Shown: positions 42,406-51,189 of the stretch, piece after piece
Numbering within the stretch: the stretch's first letter is position 1
How the letters are laid out: each line of letters starts with the position of its first letter
NCBI GenBank assembly: GCA_964536195.1
Contig: CAZHVO010000002.1
Span: forward strand, 1 to 51,189
Length of the DNA: 51,189 nucleotides
Source of the DNA: an uncultured Planctomycetia bacterium
Lineage (GTDB): Bacteria > Omnitrophota > Gorgyraeia > Duberdicusellales > 4484-171
Direction of reading: 5' to 3'
Notes under the pieces: generated by a model
The model's input: only the letters and a program-made list of their open reading frames with translations
Databases searched by the model: none
What the model was told of the DNA's origin: nothing
Translations under genes and position numbers: made by a program

Positions 42406-44760
42406 TTATTTCTTTTCTAAGATGGCTTCTTCACGCAGAAGATAGAGGGCTTTTTTAAGATGTCCTTTAAAATCCTTATATTCTTCTCTCTCTACGAATC
42501 TCTTCTTAACTCTAAATGCTTGATTGAAAATAACCGAATTAGACTTTTCTTTATAAGAAACCTCAAGTGAAAACCAAGGATTATCTAAAGTAGTAGAACG
42601 AGGTAAGTATTTAACCTCTAAATTCTTCGGCAAGGCTATGTTTACATTTGCCCTAATAGTGTATATTCCATCAAAATCAACCGGATATTTCCTATCCTCT
42701 TTGCTGATTAAAGCATGATCAAGACCTATTTGATCTAGAACCGGGACGATCCGTAAATCTCTAGCTGGATTAAGAAATTCTTCAGTTTCAAATCTATAGG
42801 TAAGCGCAGGCACAGTATCAAAATCATCAATATCGCTTACCTGGTAATCAATTAACTTAGATAAAGATGATATTTGCATCATCTTTTGCTGGATTTCTTC
42901 CTTTATTGTCGCCGGATGGGTATACTTTAAATACCAGCGGTAAGAGGAAGAATAAAACCCTTGAGTTGATACTCCCCGGGTAATCGCGGCACTCTCATCC
43001 TCGCTAATCATTATATCCATCTTATAGTCAAGCTCATTGTCCTCTATAATGTTAGTCTTAGCTATACGCCAAGTCTCATCTGTGAATACTAATACCATCC
43101 TATCTTGATCAGCAAGAGGGATATATTCAAAAGCTGTAGTTTCAGCTGTAGGATCCATAAAAATCAATCTCCCCTCTAACTCAACAGCACAAATAGCATG
43201 GTTAAAGATAACAGCTGGAAAATCTTCGCTCATAGGGTAAGCACCGCGAGTAGGTATGAGCAGAGGGTATCCTTTTAAACCAGCATATTTCAGCATTGCC
43301 GCTAAGAGGACTGCTTGGTCTTTGCAATCACCGTACTTATTTCTAAATACTTCATTGGCATAGTGCGGCTCATGACCACTTTCTCCATACTCTATAGCTA
43401 CATAGCGAATATCTCTAGCTACAAATTCACACAATTTCTTTGCCTTATCATAATCAGTAGTAGCATCTTTGATAAGCTTTTTCACAAAGTCTTTTACTTC
43501 CTTGTTTAACTTAAGTTTATCTTCATAGAGAGACTTCCACCACTTGTAAATCTCATCCCAAGAAGAAAAACTTGAAACCAAGATCGAAGGATTGATATAA
43601 GAAGCTTTGGGCATGCTATACTCAGGAATAATAGACTCTATTTTATCAAATCTCCAAGAGTATATCTTTTTGCCTTGTTTCTCAATCAGCTTAGGTTCAA
43701 GGTTAATACCCTCTGCATACTCTTTATTTAGAAACTTAAAATTGATATCACGATTACTGGGAATGACCAGATCAAATTTAGCCTTAAACATAGGGTACTT
43801 TTCGCGAAGGCGATAAACAAAACTAAAATCTTCTTCATTAATTAACTTAGAAGAATTAATTTTTACCTTATACTCAATAAAAGAACCGACTTCTACCGAA
43901 GGCATAGAAACAATAAAAGCTCGGGAGTTACTATAGAGAGGGAAATTAAGATACCGGCTTACGTCACGAATACTCTCCCCTCCGGCATAGATTACCTTAC
44001 CATCTTTGGTTATTGTCCGGGCATACTCTAGCTCTATCCTCTCATAGGTAGAATCATAGCCCATTTCGACCTCAGCTAAACCTTTACCTCTCTCTTGAAG
44101 AACTTTCTCTATAACGTGTATCGTCGACACAGAAGTATTATCGGACTTGATCTCGACTTTCTCATCAACCAATAGATATATTGCAGCCTCATCTTCTAGG
44201 CCCTTAATAAATTCTTCGGCTTGCTTAGATACAGCTACTACTTCTTGGGGAATCTTATCGTCTACCCTACCCTTAATTAATTTTACTTTTTCTACAGCCT
44301 TGTTCTTAAAAGGGGCCCCTACCTTCTTATATATTTTAAGAGCCTTAGGGAATAAGTTTTTCTCTTCCAAGACTTGCCCATAAAGATAGAGGTATTCACT
44401 ATCTTTGGGAATAGGCTTTAGTTGTTCGAAGATCTCAATAGCATGATCATATTCCTTTGCCTTAACTAAAGCCTTTACTAAAATTATCTTTGCCTCTCTA
44501 TTATCTAGGCTTCTAAGAATTTCTCTTACCTGTGAATAATCTTTAAAGTCATAGTAAACTTTAGCTAACTTAAGCCTTAACTCCAAATCATCGGGATTAT
44601 TCTTTAAGAGTTCTTGGTAGTCGTTAATTAATCTTTCATAATTACCCTTAAGCTCTTCTAGGCCAACAACGCTCTGGGAAGACTCTCTAGCTTGAGTACA
44701 ACCAAGCAAATTAAGAAGAAGTATTATTACTATTGACTTAGACAATGATTTTAAAGACAT
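42406..44760 (-). CDS. TPR + DUF3857-like + transglutaminase-like cysteine protease core protein
   Basis: Lipoprotein-type signal (LLNLLGC), N-terminal TPRs and the transglutaminase core KYGDCKDQAVLLAAMLK...FNHAI....D. Confidence 0.75.
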   Translation of the reverse strand: MSLKSLSKSIVIILLLNLLGCTQARESSQSVVGLEELKGNYERLINDYQELLKNNPDDLELRLKLAKVYYDFKDYSQVREILRSLDNREAKIILVKALVKAKEYDHAIEIFEQLKPIPKDSEYLYLYGQVLEEKNLFPKALKIYKKVGAPFKNKAVEKVKLIKGRVDDKIPQEVVAVSKQAEEFIKGLEDEAAIYLLVDEKVEIKSDNTSVSTIHVIEKVLQERGKGLAEVEMGYDSTYERIELEYARTITKDGKVIYAGGESIRDVSRYLNFPLYSNSRAFIVSMPSVEVGSFIEYKVKINSSKLINEEDFSFVYRLREKYPMFKAKFDLVIPSNRDINFKFLNKEYAEGINLEPKLIEKQGKKIYSWRFDKIESIIPEYSMPKASYINPSILVSSFSSWDEIYKWWKSLYEDKLKLNKEVKDFVKKLIKDATTDYDKAKKLCEFVARDIRYVAIEYGESGHEPHYANEVFRNKYGDCKDQAVLLAAMLKYAGLKGYPLLIPTRGAYPMSEDFPAVIFNHAICAVELEGRLIFMDPTAETTAFEYIPLADQDRMVLVFTDETWRIAKTNIIEDNELDYKMDIMISEDESAAITRGVSTQGFYSSSYRWYLKYTHPATIKEEIQQKMMQISSLSKLIDYQVSDIDDFDTVPALTYRFETEEFLNPARDLRIVPVLDQIGLDHALISKEDRKYPVDFDGIYTIRANVNIALPKNLEVKYLPRSTTLDNPWFSLEVSYKEKSNSVIFNQAFRVKKRFVEREEYKDFKGHLKKALYLLREEAILEKK

Positions 44761-44792
44761 CTTTTATTGGTTAGTTAGGTTCTATTTGAAAA

Positions 44793-45941
44793 CTATAGCT
44801 TACTTAAAAATCTCTCTATTCTTACTGTAGCTTCTCTTAAGTTTTCTAAGGAATTAGCATAAGAAATCCTTATATAAGAGTCAAACTCTGCGCCAAATGC
44901 TGTCCCGGGAACTACAGCAACTTTTTCTTGAACCAATAGCTTCTTAGCGAAATCTAAAGCATTTATTTTATATTTCTTTAGTGAAGAGAAGCAGTAAAAT
45001 GCTCCCTGGGGATTAACCGTAGAAAGCCCTAGACGATTGAGTTCCTTGACTATGAAACCCCTTCTCTTATTGTATTCTCTTTGCATCTGGTTTACTTCTT
45101 TTCTTGCCCCTAAAGCTTCTATCGCAGCAACCTGAGACACAATAGGACCGCAAAGCATTGAATATGAGTGTATCTTAGTCATCGCTGAGATGATCTCCTT
45201 ATTAGCACAAGCAAAGCCGACCCTAAAACCAGTCATAGCATAACCTTTAGAAAATCCATTAAGTAAAATCGTTTTCTCTCTTGCTTTTTTACTCAGAGAA
45301 GAAAATGGAACATGAGCTTGGCCATAGCTTAACTCATCGTAGGTCTCATCGCTAATAACAATTATATCTTTCTTGGATAAAATATTCCAAATCTGGCTTA
45401 ACTCTCCACGACTATAGGTTACGCCGGTAGGGTTAGAAGGGTAATTCAATATTATTGCTTTAGGATTTTGCGAAAGCAAGTTCTTCAAACTCTTAAGATT
45501 AATCTTGAAACCCTCCTCTTGTCTAGTTGGCAGATAAAGCACTTTACCGCAGCATATCTGAACTAAAGCCGGATAAGCAACATAATAAGGGGTAATTACA
45601 ATAACCTTATCCCCAGGATCTAAAATAGTTCTCAAAGCCAAATCCATGCCTTCGCTAACCCCGACTGTGATAAGGGTTTCTTCCTCGGGGTTATAGTTTA
45701 AAGAATATTTCTTCTCCAGGAAGTTGGTAATGCCCTTGCGCAAAAGAAAAAGGCCCTGGTTAGAGGTATAAGATGTTAGTCCTTCCTCCAGAGCAGTAAT
45801 CGCCCTTTCTCTAATCCTCCAGGGAGTGATAAAGTCAGGCTCGCCAACACCTAAAGATATTACCTCAGGCATCCCCAGAACTAAATCAAAGAATTCCCTT
45901 ATCCCCGAAGGGGGTATTTTTTTTACTCGTTTTGATATCAT
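44793..45941 (-). CDS. Class I/II PLP-dependent aminotransferase (aspartate aminotransferase-like)
   Basis: NYPSNPTG and the PLP lysine region GFSKGYAMTGFRVG. Confidence 0.85.
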   Translation of the reverse strand: MISKRVKKIPPSGIREFFDLVLGMPEVISLGVGEPDFITPWRIRERAITALEEGLTSYTSNQGLFLLRKGITNFLEKKYSLNYNPEEETLITVGVSEGMDLALRTILDPGDKVIVITPYYVAYPALVQICCGKVLYLPTRQEEGFKINLKSLKNLLSQNPKAIILNYPSNPTGVTYSRGELSQIWNILSKKDIIVISDETYDELSYGQAHVPFSSLSKKAREKTILLNGFSKGYAMTGFRVGFACANKEIISAMTKIHSYSMLCGPIVSQVAAIEALGARKEVNQMQREYNKRRGFIVKELNRLGLSTVNPQGAFYCFSSLKKYKINALDFAKKLLVQEKVAVVPGTAFGAEFDSYIRISYANSLENLREATVRIERFLSKL

Positions 45942-45942
45942 A

Positions 45943-46422
45943 CTAATAGGTTATTGGTAATCGTTGGTTTTTCTCTGCCTTTACCAAGATTACCCCATCT
46001 TCTTTGTATTTCTTAAGCATAAAGTGAGTAGCTGTGCCTCTTACTGAACTCAAAGGTGATAACTTCTCAGAGACAAAACTTGCTACTGTATTTATATCTT
46101 CCCCACAAACCTCCAGAAGCAAATCGTAAGTACCGGAGAGCAGATAACAGTTTTTTACCTCCGGAAATCTGTAAATTCTCTGAGCGACTAAATCAAAGCC
46201 AACATCTTTTTGAGGGGCTACCTTGACCTCAATTAAAGCAACTACCCCTTTACTGTCGATCTTCTGTTTATTTACAATTGTTTTATACTTTACGATCACT
46301 CCTTTCTTCTCATAGTTCTTCATTGCCCGCTCAATATCTTTCTTACTCTTGCCAGTTAGTTTATGCAAATCCTCTAAAGAAATTCGGGCATTCCCTTCCA
46401 AAATCTCTAATATATCATCCAT
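45943..46422 (-). CDS. Lrp/AsnC family transcriptional regulator
   Basis: N-terminal HTH (ILEILEGNARISLEDLHKLTG) and a C-terminal RAM-like domain. The stop is 1 nt from the aminotransferase start. Confidence 0.8.
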   Translation of the reverse strand: MDDILEILEGNARISLEDLHKLTGKSKKDIERAMKNYEKKGVIVKYKTIVNKQKIDSKGVVALIEVKVAPQKDVGFDLVAQRIYRFPEVKNCYLLSGTYDLLLEVCGEDINTVASFVSEKLSPLSSVRGTATHFMLKKYKEDGVILVKAEKNQRLPITY

Positions 46423-46512
46423 AACTACCTCCTTTAATAATTAGTGATATTAACAAATACCCCTAACAATACTCATCTATTTTATCAAAATAATCCTTAA
46501 ATTAATAGCAAA

Positions 46513-47346
46513 TTAATTACCTTTAGGCTCTTCTACTCTCAAAATACGAGTTAATTTTATACTAGAAGAACCCTTACCCTTACCCCTGCTCTGACATAAG
46601 AGGTAAGAATACCTATCTTCTTGGAGAATGCGCAGGGGCAAAACCTCATCCTCTTCTAGGGTATTATTTGGAGAAAAATACTTTATTCCTAAAACTGCTC
46701 CCTTCTCTATAGCCGCATTCAGAAGAAAGGTCTTCTTCTCTTCCTTTGATTTAAAAATTTCATTATTTAGGCCATAGAGAGAGATAAATTCACCAAGCCC
46801 TCCTATTCTTTTTTCTTTAAAAATATCAAGGAGCTTTATAAGAATCTGATAAGCAACCGAAGTATCACTTAAGGCTCGATGTAAGCCTTGGCTACAATCA
46901 ATATTAAAAGATTTAGCTACCGCCTCTAGATTGTATCGAGGCAACCTAAGAGCATCTCTGGCCATAGAAAGAATATCTACTGCTGGTAATTCTAGGGGTA
47001 GCCGGTTAGTTTTCTTTAGATGATTATTAATAAAGCCCATATCAAACCTAATATTGTAAGCGCAGATTACCGACTGATCTAAGAATGAAACAAATTTATC
47101 AGCTACGTCTTCAAAATAAGGAGCATCTTTTAACTCCTGTTCAGATATCTTATGAACATTATAAGCTTGCTCAGGCATGTTTCTGTTAGGATTAATTAAG
47201 CTGTGAAACTTATCAATAATTTTTCTGCCCTTAACCTTAAAAGCCCCGATCTCGCATATAGAATCTCCAGTAACTACATCTAGGCCAGTAGTTTCTAAAT
47301 CAAGGATTACTAGATTAAAATGTTCGATATTTCTGGTTAAATCCAT
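46513..47346 (-). CDS. DnaQ-like 3'-5' exonuclease with an extra C-terminal domain
   Basis: Exo I ILDLETTG, Exo II AYNIRFDMGF and Exo III HRALSD. The C-terminal ~90 aa are unassigned. Confidence 0.8.
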   Translation of the reverse strand: MDLTRNIEHFNLVILDLETTGLDVVTGDSICEIGAFKVKGRKIIDKFHSLINPNRNMPEQAYNVHKISEQELKDAPYFEDVADKFVSFLDQSVICAYNIRFDMGFINNHLKKTNRLPLELPAVDILSMARDALRLPRYNLEAVAKSFNIDCSQGLHRALSDTSVAYQILIKLLDIFKEKRIGGLGEFISLYGLNNEIFKSKEEKKTFLLNAAIEKGAVLGIKYFSPNNTLEEDEVLPLRILQEDRYSYLLCQSRGKGKGSSSIKLTRILRVEEPKGN

Positions 47347-47356
47347 CTCTTAAAAT

Positions 47357-47767
47357 TTAGGTAATTATTTTAGCGACAATTTCCCTATCTCTAGCTCGAG
47401 TATCAAAATCAATTAAAACTACCTGTTGCCAAGTTCCTAAATCAAGTTTGCCGCCAGTTACTGAGACAAACAGTTGTGTTTTAATAAAGGAGCTGCGCAA
47501 ATGGGAGTGACCATTATCATCTGACCAGGTAAGATTATGAGCGTAGTCATCCCGGTAAGGCAAAACGGTTTCCAATGTATGTTTTAAATCTCTTACTAAA
47601 CCCCCTTCATATTCCATGGTGGTAAGAGCAGCGGTTGAGCCAATGACTGATAAAAAGATAATACCCTCCTTTATCCTCTCCTCTTCCAAGCTCCTCTGCA
47701 ACTGCGGGGTAATATCTATGATATCACTATTACCCTTTGTTTTCACCTTTATGTATCTTGTTTGCAT
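47357..47767 (-). CDS. yjbQ: YjbQ (UPF0047) family secondary thiamine-phosphate synthase
   Basis: Size and motifs HTTAAL-like (GSTAALTTMEYE), DDNGHSHL and GTWQ. Confidence 0.75.
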   Translation of the reverse strand: MQTRYIKVKTKGNSDIIDITPQLQRSLEEERIKEGIIFLSVIGSTAALTTMEYEGGLVRDLKHTLETVLPYRDDYAHNLTWSDDNGHSHLRSSFIKTQLFVSVTGGKLDLGTWQQVVLIDFDTRARDREIVAKIIT

Positions 47768-47785
47768 AAGTTTGGTTACAGGACC

Positions 47786-48106
47786 CTATCTTATCAGGCT
47801 TCCGACAGCTACTTCTTTATCTAAAACTATTAAGCTAACATCATCCTTGCCTTGAGCAGCTAGTACCATGCCTTCAGACGGAACTCCTCTAATATTCTTT
47901 TGTTCTAAATTGGTCAGAACAACTATGAGTTTATTCTCCAATTGCTCCGGGGTATAAAAAGGCTTAATTCCAGCTACCAGCTGAATCACCTTCTCTCCAA
48001 TATCGACCTTTAATAAATATAGCTTCTCAGCATCAGGATGAGGGTTAACCTCTAGTATTTTACCTGTTTTTAGTTCCAGTTTAGAAAAGTCATCAAAATT
48101 TACCAT
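47786..48106 (-). CDS. tRNA-binding (CsaA/EMAP-type OB fold) protein
   Basis: LKTGKILEVNPHPDAEKLYLLKVDIGE...NIRGVPSEGMVLAA. Confidence 0.8.
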   Translation of the reverse strand: MVNFDDFSKLELKTGKILEVNPHPDAEKLYLLKVDIGEKVIQLVAGIKPFYTPEQLENKLIVVLTNLEQKNIRGVPSEGMVLAAQGKDDVSLIVLDKEVAVGSLIR

Positions 48107-48258
48107 TGTTCTCCTCTTTTTATCTCTTGTTTAAATACCTATACTCTATCGGCAATCCCCTGTTTTAAAGGAATATTTTAGCAATTCTGATAATTAAAGC
48201 AAATAATTTCTTATTATTGCATTATTGGGAATTTAGACAGGTAAGAGGAGGATGATCG

Positions 48259-48573
48259 CTAGAGGCCGGTGGACAAATCTTTCAGTATTACCCAAAGTAA
48301 GATAATAATTACCATTGCTGAAGCTAGATAAAAGTCATTAAAATACAGGAATTCTCTTACTCGCCCTAAAGAGCGGTCTTTCTTCTCAGGAATATTATAC
48401 TTTTTCTTTATTACCGGTTTAATTCTTAAGATATCTTCTCTCCTGAATCTTAAGAATTCCCCAGCGACTTTAAAGTGAGGAACAAGATTTTTATTAGCTA
48501 AATTAATAACATCTTTCTCAGAGATACCTAAGGAATGGGAAACCTCTCTGGTGGTAAAAAGCTTCTCTTTCAT
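48259..48573 (-). CDS. Excisionase-type HTH protein with a C-terminal transmembrane helix
   Basis: LFTTREVSHSLGISEKDVINLANKNLVPHFKVAGEFLRFRREDI (HTH_17-like), then the TM helix FYLASAMVIIILLWVIL. Confidence 0.6.
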   Translation of the reverse strand: MKEKLFTTREVSHSLGISEKDVINLANKNLVPHFKVAGEFLRFRREDILRIKPVIKKKYNIPEKKDRSLGRVREFLYFNDFYLASAMVIIILLWVILKDLSTGL

Positions 48574-48784
48574 CGTGTATTTATAATAGTTTTATATATT
48601 GCTTTCACTTTTTTATCTTTTTAAAACTCATACTGACAATTCCAGGACTACGATGGATACAATATATTGTTGAGATTTGATCTCAGCAAACTTGCTTCGC
48701 AAGATTGTATACATTTTTTTAGTTATAATATTTTATATATATCGGGGGTCTACTTCAATAAGATTGAGGTCTATAATAACCTTT

Positions 48785-49273
48785 TTAAGGCTTCTGAGCG
48801 ACCCAACTTTCTACTTCCCTACGATCAAACAATAATCTATTGCCTTCTTTTTCTACGGGAATCTTTCCGCCTTCAACCCACTCTACAATCTTCTTCTCTT
48901 CGACAGAAAGATAATCAGAGAGCTCTTCTAAAGAAATTCTTGCCTCAGCTGTCCTGCACTTACCATTAAAAATTGCTCCCTCATCAATAGAAATTTTAGG
49001 CACTTCTATATTGCCGACAACCTGAGCAGTAGAAAGAAGTTTGACAACCTCTGTTGCTTTGATATTACCCCTTATAGTCCCGCCAACAATTATGCTTTCA
49101 CCGATAATGTCAGCCTTTATTTCTGCGGCCTGGCCAATAGTAAGTTTTCCTTTTGTGTTGAGATTACCTTCAAACTTCCCATTTATCCGTAGATTCACAG
49201 GGTCGGAGAAAACTAAACTTCCCTGCATTGCGGCATTTACATCGAGAATTTTTTCTTCTTTTTGTCTAGCCAT
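48785..49273 (-). CDS. Bactofilin domain fused to a C-terminal excisionase-type HTH
   Basis: The beta-helix repeat pattern (LVFSDPVNLRINGKFEGNLNTKGKLTIGQAAEIKADIIGESIIVGGTIRGNIKATEVVKLLSTAQVVGNIE) is followed by SLEELSDYLSVEEKKIVEWVEGGKIPVEKEGNRLLFDRREVESW. Confidence 0.7.
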   Translation of the reverse strand: MARQKEEKILDVNAAMQGSLVFSDPVNLRINGKFEGNLNTKGKLTIGQAAEIKADIIGESIIVGGTIRGNIKATEVVKLLSTAQVVGNIEVPKISIDEGAIFNGKCRTAEARISLEELSDYLSVEEKKIVEWVEGGKIPVEKEGNRLLFDRREVESWVAQKP

Positions 49274-49293
49274 TTTTCACCCCCTATAATTAT

Positions 49294-49722
49294 CTACAGT
49301 GCCTCTTTCTCTAACTTTTTTAAAAGCGAAAGGGCTAGGTAAGAAGCACCTGTTACGATTATCGCTGCACTAAAGTATCCACAGCCAACAGCTAAGCCAA
49401 TTGCCGCGCTAACCCAAATACTTGCTGCTGTAGTTAAACCGCGAATCCCCTCTTTGCTCCTTATGATCGTACCTGCGCCTAAGAAACCTATTCCGGTGAT
49501 TACTCCGGCAGCAATCCTCCCCGGATCAATAGTGCCACCTTCTCTTTGATAATTACCATAGATATAAAGAGAAGTCAACATTACCAAAGTTGAGCCGACA
49601 GTAACCAAAATGTGGGTCCTTAAGCCTGCGCTAACGCCCTTTTTCTCGCGTTCTAGGCCAATCACGCCCCCTAAAATAAAGGCCAAAGATAACCGTATTA
49701 TTGTAGAAAATAAGTTTACCAT
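49294..49722 (-). CDS. mgtC: MgtC/SapB family membrane protein
   Basis: GLEREKKGVSAGLRTHILV, four TM helices and 142 aa in length. Confidence 0.8.
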   Translation of the reverse strand: MVNLFSTIIRLSLAFILGGVIGLEREKKGVSAGLRTHILVTVGSTLVMLTSLYIYGNYQREGGTIDPGRIAAGVITGIGFLGAGTIIRSKEGIRGLTTAASIWVSAAIGLAVGCGYFSAAIIVTGASYLALSLLKKLEKEAL

Positions 49723-49803
49723 CTAAGATCCTTCGTCGTTTTACCCCCTTCGGGGGCAAGCTTCTTCAGGATGAGCCCTTCAAATAGATACTTCCCAGAG
49801 AAC

Positions 49804-50793
49804 TCAATTGGCTTGAGCTTTTAACTTTATAGTGCTCTTCTTTCCTTTTATATTATACAGGTAAAACCCCAACCCTGCAACTATTGCTGCATTATCGCCT
49901 GAATACTCAAAAGGTGCAAGAAAAACCTTTATTCCTCTTCCTTCTTCCTCTCTAAGGCGTTTTCTTAAGTACTTATTAGCAATAACGCCCCCTCCGCAGA
50001 CAATCCTTTTCATCTTGAACTTATCTTTTGCCTCTAAAATCGTAGTTATGATTGTTTCCAAGGCTGTATACTGAAAAGAGGAAACAAGCTTTCTCTTAAC
50101 TTTTGAGTTAAAAAGACCTTTTTGCTCGATTTCGTTCTTCTTGTAGATAAGAGCAGTCTTAATACCGCTAAAACTTAAATCAAGACCTATCTTTCCGCAC
50201 TTAAACTTAAAATCATCTTTGTATTCAGCCTTAAAAAGCTTGTCAATGACTGGCCCTCCGGGATAACCCAAATTATAAGCTCTAGCTATCTTGTCAAAGA
50301 CCTCTCCGCAAGCATCATCGCGAGTCTGTCCTAAAATCTTTATTTTATCAAAGTCATCTACCTGATAAATCTCAGTGTGGCCGCCGGATATTACTACTCC
50401 TAAAAAGGGAAATTTTAATTTCTTGGGGCAATTTAAAAAAGGAGCAAAAAGATGAGCATGAAGATGATTAACCCCAATAAAAGGTCTCACTAGAGCTAAA
50501 GAAAGAGCCTTAGCAAAATTAAGCCCAACAACTAAGGCTCCGACTAAACCGGGTTTATACGTTACGGCTATTAAGTCTAGTTTCTTCAATGATATTCCAG
50601 CCTCTTTGCTAGAGGCTGCTAGAACCCTATCAATATTTTTAAGGTGAGCCCGAGTAGCTATCTCCGGTACTACTCCTCCATATTTTTTATGTTCTCTTAA
50701 AGAGGATAGAGTTACATTGGAAAGGACTTGGTAATCTTTTAGGATTGCACAGGAGGTCTCATCGCAAGAAGTCTCAATGCCTAAAGTATACAT
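49804..50793 (-). CDS. tsaD: tRNA N6-adenosine threonylcarbamoyltransferase
   Basis: LGIETSCDETS, GVNHLHAHL, ISGGHTE and GGGVIAN. Confidence 0.95.
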   Translation of the reverse strand: MYTLGIETSCDETSCAILKDYQVLSNVTLSSLREHKKYGGVVPEIATRAHLKNIDRVLAASSKEAGISLKKLDLIAVTYKPGLVGALVVGLNFAKALSLALVRPFIGVNHLHAHLFAPFLNCPKKLKFPFLGVVISGGHTEIYQVDDFDKIKILGQTRDDACGEVFDKIARAYNLGYPGGPVIDKLFKAEYKDDFKFKCGKIGLDLSFSGIKTALIYKKNEIEQKGLFNSKVKRKLVSSFQYTALETIITTILEAKDKFKMKRIVCGGGVIANKYLRKRLREEEGRGIKVFLAPFEYSGDNAAIVAGLGFYLYNIKGKKSTIKLKAQAN

Positions 50794-50835
50794 GCTGTTA
50801 AAGGTTAAGGGTAGAAGGAAAAAGGGGGAATATCC

Positions 50836-51189
50836 TTATTCCTCACCACTTAATATAAGAAGACCTTTGATTAGATCTAAGGCTCTTAATATCTGGTTAT
50901 CGTCTTTGTAATCAATTTCTTTCTTCTTATCTAAGTTCTCAAAAACATCCTCTTTTACCTCCTCAGTCACCTCTTTGGAAACCTCAATGTCTGGATCAAT
51001 CCCTTTCTCATGAATGCTCTCACCACTCGGTGTATAATATTTAGAGGTAGTAAGACGCATTGCTGAGCCATCAGCTAAGGGGAGTATTGTTTGAACCGAC
51101 CCCTTACCAAAGGTTGTCTCGCCGAGCAATATTGCCCGATTATTCTCTCTTAAGGCAGCAGCAAGAATCTCGCTTGCTGACGCACTTCC
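50836..51189 (-). CDS. S41 C-terminal processing peptidase (partial; N terminus lies beyond the window edge)
   Basis: The reading frame is open to the window edge. Translated from the edge it gives [33 protein letters not shown], the S41 catalytic Ser/Lys region. Confidence 0.85.
   Translation of the reverse strand, partial: GSASASEILAAALRENNRAILLGETTFGKGSVQTILPLADGSAMRLTTSKYYTPSGESIHEKGIDPDIEVSKEVTEEVKEDVFENLDKKKEIDYKDDNQILRALDLIKGLLILSGEE

Noticed and set aside
11192-49289. Remaining short opposite-strand ORFs in the track, e.g. 11192-11425, 12789-12980, 13913-14122, 15649-15831, 18826-19098, 19339-19527, 21596-22036, 22103-22342, 22678-22869, 23191-23448, 23707-23913, 27041-27461, 28807-29064, 29786-30016, 30242-30716, 31471-31779, 35129-35371, 37336-37569, 38525-38722, 38837-39058, 41711-41935, 43315-44383, 47616-47855, 48667-48969 and 49041-49289
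   Set aside because: All lie antisense to, or overlap the boundaries of, long CDSs with clear family motifs. None shows an independent signature.
49723-49803. Mg2+ (M-box) riboswitch upstream of mgtC
   Set aside because: The intergenic region is only ~80 nt with one CCCCC-TTC-GGGGG hairpin. It is far shorter than an M-box aptamer and lacks its conserved elements.

Overview
AT-rich bacterial chromosomal window, densely coding. From about 8.7 kb to the right edge almost every gene is on the minus strand. The gene content (2-oxoacid:ferredoxin oxidoreductase, radical SAM enzymes, PEP-CTERM cargo, RNase Y, bactofilin) suggests an anaerobic diderm from a poorly studied lineage, but I cannot assign taxonomy from sequence alone. 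Housekeeping genes make up much of the window: tRNA-Gln, gltX, korDABC-type OFOR, dxs, ymdB-like, rny, MTHFS, hup, rsmB-like, rlmN, rlmD-like, era, an aminotransferase with Lrp, a dnaQ-like exonuclease, yjbQ, a csaA-like gene, mgtC, tsaD and a partial S41 protease.

Three accessory regions stand out:
1. 1850-7815 is a plus-strand four-gene locus for secreted proteins. It encodes a three-repeat pilin-like protein, a single-domain paralogue, a two-domain Ig-like chaperone candidate, and a 988-aa outer-membrane protein (TPR, secretin-N-like domain, beta-barrel, two SdrD-B-like domains). The layout follows chaperone-usher logic without a recognisable usher.
2. Next to it, and convergent with it, a candidate c-di-GMP-I (GEMM-I) riboswitch with tandem terminators precedes a small operon (RHH regulator plus small secreted protein). 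Further right, a PEP-CTERM gene carries a sigma-54 promoter and a 15-bp direct-repeat upstream element.
3. 22449-38431 is a roughly 16-kb, tightly coupled minus-strand operon. It carries a complete aromatic type II polyketide synthase set: an AMP-ligase as a likely starter-unit enzyme, KS-alpha, a CLF with Lys in place of the canonical Gln, ACP, a TcmN-like ARO/CYC, a PF04199-type cyclase, an SDR and an MFS exporter. No oxygenase is present. Instead there is a B12-radical SAM enzyme, an amidohydrolase-2, a tandem TIGR04076-like protein, and a nucleoside phosphorylase / MtnA-like isomerase / class II aldolase-SCP2 fusion / aldehyde dehydrogenase module.

I saw no CRISPR array, transposase or integrase. 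All family assignments come from motif recognition by eye and need profile or structure searches to confirm.
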